Of a stretch of DNA of 19,435 nucleotides, positions 1-7,421 are shown piece after piece. The stretch spans positions 1 to 19,435 of the forward strand of contig JBDIWC010000063.1 of assembly GCA_039794085.1 (NCBI GenBank), in the 5' to 3' direction. The stretch's first letter is position 1, and the number at the start of each line of letters is the position of its first letter. Source of the DNA: Gemmatimonadales bacterium (GTDB lineage Bacteria; Gemmatimonadota; Gemmatimonadetes; Gemmatimonadales; GWC2-71-9). The notes beneath the pieces were generated by a model that made no database searches, was not told the origin of the DNA, and saw only the letters and a program-made list of their open reading frames with translations. Both the position numbers and the translations under genes were made by a program.

Positions 1-85
1 GTGTCGGGCCGCATCTGGTCTTGGGAGTAGGAACCCCGCAGACCGCGAGCATACCCGGGCAGTATCTGTGGCTCCGAGTGTGTAA

Positions 86-115
86 GCCTCTTTGGTTCCG
101 GCTCTGCCGGCTTAG
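86..115 (+). mobile_element. Right end of the TAG-bounded non-coding element family (interior differs from the two full copies; left part outside window)
   Basis: gcctctttggttccggctctgccggcttag matches the terminus of the copies at 12437-12747 (+) and 1974-2299 (-). It contains the hairpin CCGGC-tct-GCCGG followed by CTTAG. Confidence 0.7.
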
Positions 116-173
116 GGAATAGGGAGTAGGGGATAGGGAGACACCCTTCGAACTTCACATGTCAAACTTCGTC
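113..173. repeat. Heptamer tandem arrays: (TAGGGRR)x4 then (CTTCRNN)-type array
   Basis: TAGGGAA TAGGGAG TAGGGGA TAGGGAG at 113-140. CTTCGAA CTTCACA TGTCAAA CTTCGTC at 146-173 overlaps the TM2 gene stop codon. Confidence 0.85.
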
Positions 174-539
174 CTTCTCACGACCGCCTTCGCGGGTACC
201 GGCCAGCAGCCGTTCGGTGAAGTCGAGCCGTTCCTGGAGGTCGGTCACATCCTGCCGAAGATGGTAGACTTCATCGAGCAGCTCGGGAGGGATGGTGTCG
301 AGTGCATCGATGTCCTCCGGGCTCCATCGGGAGATCCGGCGACCGTCGATGTCGCGGAATCCGCCGCTCGCCACCAGGATGACGTCGTAGAGGTACCAGA
401 TGCCGAGGCCCCCCATGGTCACCAGCTGGAGAAGGCCGGTGCCGACCTTGCCGGCGTAGAATCGGTGGGCGCCGAATACGCCCAGGGTCAGGGCGAGTGC
501 GAATGCCACACCGCGGGATCGGTCGGAGGGTCCGGGCAT
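162..539 (-). CDS. TM2 domain-containing membrane protein with C-terminal coiled coil
   Basis: TM2 signature LGVFGAHRFYAGKVGTGLLQLVTMGGLGIWYLYDVILV; C-terminal heptad segment LRQDVTDLQERLDFTERLL. Confidence 0.9.
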   Translation of the reverse strand: MPGPSDRSRGVAFALALTLGVFGAHRFYAGKVGTGLLQLVTMGGLGIWYLYDVILVASGGFRDIDGRRISRWSPEDIDALDTIPPELLDEVYHLRQDVTDLQERLDFTERLLAGTREGGREKDEV

Positions 540-592
540 GGCCCCAAGTTATGGCTGTGGCGCGCCGAACGACACCCCCCGATCCCCACGAC

Positions 593-1825
593 TCAGAACC
601 CGACCCGAATGTCCACCTGAAGGCGGTGGAGTGTCGGATTGGATTGTCCCCCCGGAACCCGGACCAGGGTCGCCAGATGATGCTTGGCGGCAAGGACGAC
701 GCCGGTCGCCGCCTGGTACTCCAGTTGGAGCATCCAGCCCTTGGTGTTCGTCCCGCCGGACCGTCCGAGGTCGCTGTAATTGAAGGTCGAGAGCACGGCC
801 TCTTTCTCCGTCCGTCCCCAGGCGGCCGCCGCGGTCCAGTCTCCCGGCTTCCGCCTCTGCCCCCAGCCCGCACCGACCCAGACCGCCGTGTTGTCGTCGT
901 CTGCCTGCGTGTTGTGGGCAAAATCCACGAACGCGCTGAGGGGGCGGGTTGAGGGCCCGGGAGTGATCACCATGGCCGCCGATGCGGTGACAACGGTGAA
1001 CCGGCTCACGAAACCGGTGATCGGGTTGTCCGGATCGGGGACGAAGGGCACCCCCCCTTCGACCATGGTGCCGTCGTCGAGGCGCACGCCATTGGTGACG
1101 ACCAGGGCACTGTTGTCATTTCGCGCCCTGGCGATGCGGTCGGGTTCGGTGAAACGCAGCACTCCGCCCGCGAGGGTCAGGTCGGGCACTCTCCCTCCCG
1201 GGGAGAGCCGCAGCACCCCTTGGGCACCCAGCACCCAGGCGTCATCCCCGCCGCTCACCTCATCGACGATCCACTGATCCCCGTGAAGCTCGAGCCGACG
1301 TACCAGGCCGGAGGACCGGGCCACTGCCGTCACCTCCTGGTGGAATCCCTCGACCGACACGTCGTTGTCGAGAACCAGTTCGGATTGGAGGACCGCCGCG
1401 GGGCGGAAATGGGCCGGGCCGAACTTCCCACCGGTCAGCCGAAGCACCGGTCGGTCGGACCCGAAGAGCGATCGGGGGGAAAACTGGATGAAGGCCCGGT
1501 CGATTTCAATCGACTTGCGGGTGAAGGCGTTGTCGAAGCTCTGATTCGACGAGGTGACATTCCCCTCCTCTCCCGAGGCGAGCCGGAATCCCGCTTCCCA
1601 CTCGGGATTGATGGTCGCCGTGAGCCCCAGACGATAGCGGAACCGAAGTCGGTTGCGCGAGTCCGCCCCGTCCTGGAAGAAGCCTTCGTCCCGCATCCGC
1701 AGGTCGCCGCTGACACGGATCCGCTCCCACCACGGAACCGGGGCGTCCTGCGCCACCAGCGGGCTGACGCCGCCCGCCACGAGCCCCAGGCCCCATGACA
1801 GAAGTAACGAACGGGTGCCGAACAT
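593..1825 (-). CDS. Putative outer-membrane porin (Porin_5-like beta-barrel)
   Basis: Signal peptide (…PLVAQD); N-terminal SGDLRMRDE…RNRLRFRYRLG…GFRLASG…SSNQSF pattern; alternating beta-strand residues; C-terminal LQVDIRVGF ending in Phe; GGAG RBS upstream of the ATG. Confidence 0.85.
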   Translation of the reverse strand: MFGTRSLLLSWGLGLVAGGVSPLVAQDAPVPWWERIRVSGDLRMRDEGFFQDGADSRNRLRFRYRLGLTATINPEWEAGFRLASGEEGNVTSSNQSFDNAFTRKSIEIDRAFIQFSPRSLFGSDRPVLRLTGGKFGPAHFRPAAVLQSELVLDNDVSVEGFHQEVTAVARSSGLVRRLELHGDQWIVDEVSGGDDAWVLGAQGVLRLSPGGRVPDLTLAGGVLRFTEPDRIARARNDNSALVVTNGVRLDDGTMVEGGVPFVPDPDNPITGFVSRFTVVTASAAMVITPGPSTRPLSAFVDFAHNTQADDDNTAVWVGAGWGQRRKPGDWTAAAAWGRTEKEAVLSTFNYSDLGRSGGTNTKGWMLQLEYQAATGVVLAAKHHLATLVRVPGGQSNPTLHRLQVDIRVGF

Positions 1826-1913
1826 GTGATCTCCAGCGTCGATTGTGACGAAGCGGGACGAATAACGGGCTGGTCAGTCACGAGAAAGGGTGATTTGTGT
1901 CACGATCGGGTAA

Positions 1914-1976
1914 CGAAGTGCGAAGGACGCATACATAGGACATAGGACAACATAGGACATGATGTCCTATGTCCTA
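1914..1976. repeat. Heptamer arrays (CGAAGTG-type; CATAGGA x3 with inverted GTCCTAT arm)
   Basis: cgaagtg cgaagga … catagga catagga caa catagga cat ga tgtcctat gtccta. The GTCCTAT array resumes at 2300 after the inserted element. Confidence 0.85.
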
Positions 1977-2299
1977 AGCCGGCAGCGCCGGAACCACAGA
2001 GGCGCCTCGGGGTCGCGCGTGGGTTTTCTTCGGCATGGGTTCCGGTCCTGCCCGAGTACCTCTCCCCACCCCCAGAGCCAACCACAAGAAGCACAAAAGC
2101 ACAGAAACCTCTCTCGCCCCTGGTGGGACCCCATGCGCACCGAGGTGGGCCTCTTGTGACTTCTGTGCTTTTTGTGGCCATTCCCCTTGCACGGCGCGGC
2201 CGATGCGATCGCCGTGACCCGAACGGTCGGCGGGGGGGGGGCGGGAGTCGCCCACAATATTGTTGCCGCCTTGCGTTCAATCTTGTCCGTAAGGGACCA
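1974..2299 (-). mobile_element. Non-coding dispersed element, copy A (326 bp), non-autonomous
   Basis: Reverse complement aligns end to end with 12437-12747 (8 mismatches in the 120 nt from 1971 by manual count; more divergent elsewhere). It interrupts a GTCCTAT array and has an internal (cacaaaa)n…(ttttgtg)n hairpin. Confidence 0.85.
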
Positions 2300-2368
2300 T
2301 GTCCTATGTGCTGCCTGTTGCCCGACACCGTCCTTGCCATTCCCCCACGAGTCCCCCACGATAAGGGC

Positions 2369-3184
2369 ATGTCCCGCATCCCCCTTGTCGGTCTCTGCTG
2401 GGATGGCTCCGTATCCCACCGCCCGGGCGCGGCTCTCGGCCCCGCGCACATTCGCACGGCGCTGCATGACCCCGCCGGGAACGGCTGGAGTCGCCATGGT
2501 GTCGATGCGGTCTCCCTGATCACCGACTTCGGGGACATCACCGTCGCTCCCGACACCTCCACCGCCGGGGCGATGGACGCGATCGCGGACGCGCTCGACG
2601 ACCGCCTCCCGGACCAGGTCACGCCCCTGCTGCTCGGCGGCGACCACTCGGTCACTCTCCCCGTTCTGCGAGTGCTCTCCCGCCGCGGCCTGCGACCCGC
2701 CATCCTGCACCTCGACGCCCACCCCGACCTCTATCCCGATTTCGAGGGGGACCAGTACTCCCACGCCTGCCCCTTCGCCCGGATCCTGGAGGAGGGACTG
2801 GCCTCGGCGCTGGTGCAGGTGGGCGTCCGGACCATGAATGACGTCCAGCGCAACACTGCCCGGCGCCACGGCGTGCGCTCCTTTCTTCCCGATGCATGGG
2901 AAGAAGGGCTCGCCTCCCTTACTGCGGGCCCGCTCTATCTTTCCATTGACCTCGACGCGCTCGACCCCGCCTTCGCACCCGGCGTGGCCCACCCCGAACC
3001 GGGAGGGCTGTCGGTTCGCGAGGTCCTGGGCCTCATCGACCGCCTGCCGCCGACCCTCATCGGCGCCGACATCGTGGAATACACTCCGGCCTGTGACCTG
3101 AATGGAACGACGGCACGGGTGGCGGCGCGGCTGGTGAAGGAACTGGTGCCGGTCTTAAGCCAGGGAGTAGGCGAAAGGGAGTAG
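2369..3184 (+). CDS. Arginase/agmatinase (ureohydrolase) family protein
   Basis: Mn-binding motifs GGDHS, HLDAHPD, SHACPF, SIDLDALDPAFAPGV, EPGG. Start moved to ATG 2369 (MSRIPLVGL) because the longer ORF begins inside the repeat element. Confidence 0.93.
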   Translation: MSRIPLVGLCWDGSVSHRPGAALGPAHIRTALHDPAGNGWSRHGVDAVSLITDFGDITVAPDTSTAGAMDAIADALDDRLPDQVTPLLLGGDHSVTLPVLRVLSRRGLRPAILHLDAHPDLYPDFEGDQYSHACPFARILEEGLASALVQVGVRTMNDVQRNTARRHGVRSFLPDAWEEGLASLTAGPLYLSIDLDALDPAFAPGVAHPEPGGLSVREVLGLIDRLPPTLIGADIVEYTPACDLNGTTARVAARLVKELVPVLSQGVGERE

Positions 3185-3520
3185 GCGGTAGGGATGAAGG
3201 TCCTAGGTCCTATTAGGTCCTATGTCCTAAGTCCCGGGTGTTGGGGACTGGGGGCTGGGGGCTCGGCCGCGGAGTGGCCGAAGAGCATTGCCCAACGGCA
3301 AATCCTGCATCTGTCCTCTAAGTCCCACGTGCTGGGTGTTGGGTGTTGGGGGCTGGGCCCAATACCCAATACCCGGACACGTTGGCACAGGCTTTTTCGG
3401 GGTCCCCCCACACTTCGGATACGACCCCCAACCGTAACCAATTGTCACTCTTCGACTTCTAACCGGACAGTAGTGATACCCGGAACCCAATACCCGGCGG
3501 TCTGTGTCGGGGGCTGGGTT
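3161..3520. repeat. Mosaic of heptamer arrays between convergent genes
   Basis: agggagt/aggcg units at ~3162-3193; (GTCCTAN)n at ~3200-3233; (TGGGGRY/TGGGTGT)n at ~3242-3262 and ~3333-3357; (CCCAATA/CCCGGAA)n at ~3358-3378 and ~3476-3497. Confidence 0.8.
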
Positions 3521-4224
3521 CAGAAGGGCAAATCGAGCGCCTTGCAGAGGAACCTCATGAACGGCTTGGCGGTGAGGAACGATTCCGCCGCCCGGTCGGC
3601 CAGACCGGGGTCGTGGATCTCGGCCGGGCGCAACTCCTCCACGGCGATGAAGTCGGTGCGGCGCAGATCCTCGATCAGAGGGTGATCGGGATTGATCCCC
3701 GCGGGCGCTCGCTTGAGGCTGTCGCCGTCCAGGGCAAAACGCTGCCGGAACGGGTCATGGTCCCGGGCGGCGAGCCAGGCCTTCGGTCTCTGCTGGATCG
3801 CCGTGCGAATCGCCGCGAGGACCTCGCGCTCCGGATGCCACACCCCGGCGGCCAGAAAGGTGGAACCGGGCTCGATGTGCAGGTAGAACCCGGGCGCATG
3901 GACGTCCTTTCCCGCGGCGTGGCGGAACTGGATTCCCACATTGGTCTTGTAGGGCCGCTTGTCACGCGAGAACCGGGTGTCGCGGTGGATCCGCATCAGT
4001 GAGCCCCCCATCTTCCGGCTGTCGGCCACGATGTGCCTGGAGATGGTGCGAAGCCGAGGCTGCATCGCCTCGATGAAGGCGAGAGCGGGGTCCCTGACGT
4101 CGCGCTCGTAGCGTTCCTTCTGGCCCGCAAACCACTCTCGCGTATTATTCTGCTTCAAATCCGTGAGGAATTGGACCAGAGAACGGTCGAAGCGGGTGAA
4201 AGGATCTGTCGGGAGACGGGGCAT
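3520..4224 (-). CDS. DUF2461 / TIGR02453 family protein
   Basis: FLTDLKQNNTREWF, MRIHRDTRFSRDKRPYKT and PGFYLHIEP motifs. Start at ATG 4224 (MPRLPT); the upstream ORF extension is translated repeat. Confidence 0.92.
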   Translation of the reverse strand: MPRLPTDPFTRFDRSLVQFLTDLKQNNTREWFAGQKERYERDVRDPALAFIEAMQPRLRTISRHIVADSRKMGGSLMRIHRDTRFSRDKRPYKTNVGIQFRHAAGKDVHAPGFYLHIEPGSTFLAAGVWHPEREVLAAIRTAIQQRPKAWLAARDHDPFRQRFALDGDSLKRAPAGINPDHPLIEDLRRTDFIAVEELRPAEIHDPGLADRAAESFLTAKPFMRFLCKALDLPF

Positions 4225-4229
4225 GACAA

Positions 4230-4325
4230 TCGAAGTTTGAAGTGTGAAGTTTGAAGTGTGAAGGATGGACTGGGAAAAGGCAAATTCAAACTTCGAACAA
4301 CTTCGAACTTCGAACTTCAAACTTC
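4230..4325. repeat. Inverted heptamer arrays (NNGAAGT)x5 … (ACTTCRA)n in divergent promoter region
   Basis: TCGAAGT TTGAAGT GTGAAGT TTGAAGT GTGAAGG at 4230-4264; complementary attcaaa cttcgaa caa cttcgaa cttcgaa cttcaaa cttc at ~4284-4325. Confidence 0.9.
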
Positions 4326-4340
4326 CCCAGGGAACCCGCC

Positions 4341-5891
4341 ATGCGCCCGCAGCCCCGACTCCGCACCGCCACCCTCACCGGCCTCCTGCTCCTGCTCGCC
4401 ACTCCCCTCCTCTCACAGGAGGATCGCCCTGCTTTTCGAGACCGGATCACCGCCTGGCGGCAGCAACACGAGGGGACGATTCTGCGGGAACTCGCCGATT
4501 TGCTCGCCCTGCCGAACGTGGCCTCCGACTCCGTGGCGATCCGCGCCAACGCCGTTCACCTCCTCGGCATGCTGGAGCGTCGAGGTATCGCCACCCGGTT
4601 GCTGGAATCCCCGGGGTCTCCCCCGGCGGTGTATGGTGAGTTGCGCACCCCAGGGGCCACCCGCACGGTGATGTTCTATGCCCACTACGACGGCCAGCCG
4701 GTGGACTCGTCCCGCTGGACCACCCCGCCATGGCGACCGGTGCTCCGGTCCCGGGCGCTGTTCGAGGGCGGCGTGGAGATTCCCCTCCCCGGTCCCGGCG
4801 AACGGGTGGACCCCGAGGCGAGGCTCTATGCCCGGTCGGCCAGCGATGACAAGTCGCCGATCGTGGCCTTGTTGGCGGCACTCGATGCCATGCGGGATCT
4901 GGGCATCTCCCCCTCGGTCAACCTCAAGATTTTCCTCGAGGGGGAGGAGGAGGCGGGCTCCCCGCACCTCCGGGCCATGCTAGAACGTCACCGCGATGTC
5001 CTGGCGGCGGATCTCTGGCTCTTCGCGGACGGGCCGGTCCACCAGTCCCGCCGGCCCCAGGTGGTGTACGGCGTGCGGGGCGTGATCGGGCTCGGCCTCA
5101 CGGTGTATGGCCCCCGCCGTCCGCTGCACTCGGGCCACTACGGAAACTTTGCGCCCAACCCCAACGCCCGGCTCGTTCACCTCCTCTCCTCGATGCGCGA
5201 CGCCGACGGGCACATCACCATCGCCGGCTTCCTGGACGACGTGCTTCCGATCACCGCGGCGGATCGCCAAGCCTTCGCCTCCATCCCCGACATCGACGAC
5301 GCCCTTCGCGCCGAATTCGGCCTGGCCCGTTCGGAGGCGGACAACGCCCCCCTCGCCGAGCGCCTGATGCTGCCGGCAATGAATATCGACGGTCTCCAAG
5401 GAGGCGCCGTCGGGGCGGGCCACGCCAACGTCATCCAACCCCGCGCGGAGGCTGCCATCGACATCCGGCTGGTTCCCGGCCAACAGGTGGCCCGGGTGCG
5501 GGAACTGGTGGAGCGCCATATCCGGGGGCAGGGGTATACCATCGTCACCGAGGAACCCGACAGCGCGATGCGCGCACAGCACGACCGTCTGATCCGCGTG
5601 GAGTGGAGTGGCGGCTACCCGGCCACGCGGACCGCGCTCGATCACCCGATGGCCCGCACCGTCGCCGCCACCGCCACCGCCACTCTCGGCACCCCGGTGA
5701 TCGAAGTCCCCCTCCTCGGCGGGAGTCTCCCGCTCTTTCACTTCGCCGAGGTGCTGGGCGCCCCTCTCATCGTGCTCCCCATGGTCAACCACGACAACAA
5801 CCAGCACGGGGCGGACGAAAACCTCCGGATCGCGAACTTGTGGGAGGGGATTGTCCTGTACGCCGGGATGCTGGAAAGTTTCGAAGTGTGA
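4341..5891 (+). CDS. M20/M25/M40 family metallopeptidase, exported (ArgE/DapE-like fold)
   Basis: Signal peptide; zinc-ligand motifs YAHYDGQP, RSASDDKSP, EGEEEAGS, FADGP, HSGHYG, NQHGADEN. Confidence 0.93.
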   Translation: MRPQPRLRTATLTGLLLLLATPLLSQEDRPAFRDRITAWRQQHEGTILRELADLLALPNVASDSVAIRANAVHLLGMLERRGIATRLLESPGSPPAVYGELRTPGATRTVMFYAHYDGQPVDSSRWTTPPWRPVLRSRALFEGGVEIPLPGPGERVDPEARLYARSASDDKSPIVALLAALDAMRDLGISPSVNLKIFLEGEEEAGSPHLRAMLERHRDVLAADLWLFADGPVHQSRRPQVVYGVRGVIGLGLTVYGPRRPLHSGHYGNFAPNPNARLVHLLSSMRDADGHITIAGFLDDVLPITAADRQAFASIPDIDDALRAEFGLARSEADNAPLAERLMLPAMNIDGLQGGAVGAGHANVIQPRAEAAIDIRLVPGQQVARVRELVERHIRGQGYTIVTEEPDSAMRAQHDRLIRVEWSGGYPATRTALDHPMARTVAATATATLGTPVIEVPLLGGSLPLFHFAEVLGAPLIVLPMVNHDNNQHGADENLRIANLWEGIVLYAGMLESFEV

Positions 5892-6155
5892 AGTTCGAAG
5901 TTTGAAGGTGGCAGCAGCCCACCTGGCAGGGGAGTCCGTCATCGCGAGGGCCCGCAGGGCCCGTGGCGATCTCGTGAACCGAGGCTGGGGATCGTCGAGG
6001 ATGGCGGGCCTTCATGCCAGCCCCCCTGGTCTGGCTCCGGCGGGATGGCCAACCACACGTCGCGCCAAGCAGGCATCGGCTCACGGGATCGCCACGTCGG
6101 CTTCGCCTCCTCGCGATGACAGCCTCCCCTTCAAACTTCGAACTTCGAGCTTCCA
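5881..6155. repeat. Nested inverted repeat: heptamer arms enclosing a 183-bp palindromic element
   Basis: Outer (NNGAAGT)x4 at 5881-5908 pairs with (ACTTCRA)x4 at 6128-6155. Inner GTCATCGCGAGG (5938) … CCTCGCGATGAC (6120), and CGTGGCGATCTCGTGA … TCACGGGATCGCCACG. Confidence 0.9.
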
Positions 6156-6156
6156 C

Positions 6157-6185
6157 GCAACCCTTCCGCCCGCCCATGTGTCTGA
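6157..6185 (+). promoter_or_regulatory. Putative ECF-type (autoregulatory) promoter
   Basis: GCAACC-N17-GTCTGA immediately upstream of the ECF sigma gene; matches the general ECF -35 AAC / -10 GTC pattern. Confidence 0.6.
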
Positions 6186-6204
6186 CTGAGCGGTACCGAG
6201 AACC

Positions 6205-6771
6205 GTGTCCCTGAGCCCTCCGGAGCCTGTGGATCAAGACACCCTGGTATCCCGGGTTCTGGCCCGGGATCCTGCCGCGGAGCGCGAGCTCTACGACCGC
6301 CATGTGGACCGCATTTACCGGCTGGTCTACCGCATGGTGGGGGACGCCGACCGGGCGGCCGAGTACACCCAGGACACGTTCGTCCGGGGGTTCGAGCGGC
6401 TGAGGGAGTTCCGGGGGGAAGCGGCGCTCGGCACCTGGCTCACGTCGATCGCGATCTCGGTGGTGTACAACGCGCAGCGAAAGCTGAAGCGGATCCGGAG
6501 CCGGGAGCAGGATCTCGAAGCCGCGGAGACGCTGGGCCGGGAGGACCCGGTCCCCAACCCGATCCTCCGGGATCGATTGAACGCCGCGGTGGGGGAGCTG
6601 CCGGAAGGATACCGGACCGTTTTCCTGATGCACGATGTGGAAGGGTTCACGCACCGGGAGATCGCGACCGCGCTGCAGGTGCAGGAGGGGACGTCGAAGG
6701 CACAGCTCTCCAGGGCCCGGGCTCAGCTCCGGGTGGCCCTGGCGGATCTCGCAGGAGAATGGGTGACATGA
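6205..6771 (+). CDS. ECF RNA polymerase sigma-70 factor
   Basis: Region 2 (ELYDRHVDRIYRLVYRM…AAEYTQDTFVRGF…FRGEAALGTWL) and region 4 (LPEGYRTVFLMHDVEGFTHREIA…GTSKAQLSRAR). The GTG start is slightly uncertain. Confidence 0.95.
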   Translation: MSLSPPEPVDQDTLVSRVLARDPAAERELYDRHVDRIYRLVYRMVGDADRAAEYTQDTFVRGFERLREFRGEAALGTWLTSIAISVVYNAQRKLKRIRSREQDLEAAETLGREDPVPNPILRDRLNAAVGELPEGYRTVFLMHDVEGFTHREIATALQVQEGTSKAQLSRARAQLRVALADLAGEWVT

Positions 6772-7421
6772 CTGACGACACGAACACCGAGAATCCCATG
6801 GCCCGCCTCATCGGGGAGGAGTATCATGTGCCTCCCCCGGTCCCGCGCGAGGAGATGTGGACCCGGATCAGGGCCACCCTCGATGCCGGACGATCGACCC
6901 CGGTGGTTCCCCTCACGCGGGCACGCCTCCGCACCCGCCCGGGGGTGGTGATCGCCGCGTGGATCACCGGGATCGCGGCCCTCCTCGCCCTCGGTGTCGG
7001 GATCGGGCGGTTCACGGTGGGAGACGGGTCCCGTGCACCAACCACAGCCGGGCCAACCGGAACCGGCACTCCGACCATGGCTCTCTCTGCCGCGACGGTG
7101 GAGCACCTGAGCCGGGCCGCCTCCTTCCTGACCACCTTCCGGAGCGATACTGAAGCTGAAGAGGAGACCTTCGACGCTCAGGCCCGAGCCCTCCTCACTA
7201 CCACGCGTCTCCTGCTCGACACCCCGGCCGGCCGGGACCCCCGTCTCCGGTCCGTCCTCGACGACCTCGAGTTCATTCTCGCCCAGATCATCCAGATCCC
7301 GGCCGACCGGCCGGAGGATCGCGATCTCATTACCGACGGCCTCGAGACCCGGCAGCTCATGCCCCGTCTCCGGACCGCCATCCCGCCCGGGACCTCACCC
7401 CGGCCTTTCGGAGCCTCCTGA
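6768..7421 (+). CDS. Putative transmembrane anti-sigma factor
   Basis: ATGA overlap with the sigma stop; short N-terminal domain with PREEMWTRI; one TM helix (WITGIAALLALGVGIG); helical extracytoplasmic domain. Confidence 0.75.
   Translation: MTDDTNTENPMARLIGEEYHVPPPVPREEMWTRIRATLDAGRSTPVVPLTRARLRTRPGVVIAAWITGIAALLALGVGIGRFTVGDGSRAPTTAGPTGTGTPTMALSAATVEHLSRAASFLTTFRSDTEAEEETFDAQARALLTTTRLLLDTPAGRDPRLRSVLDDLEFILAQIIQIPADRPEDRDLITDGLETRQLMPRLRTAIPPGTSPRPFGAS

Noticed and set aside
4230..4325. Possible CRISPR array in the repeat-rich spacers
   Set aside because: Units are 7-nt tandem repeats without unique spacers; no 23-47 nt direct repeats and no cas genes.
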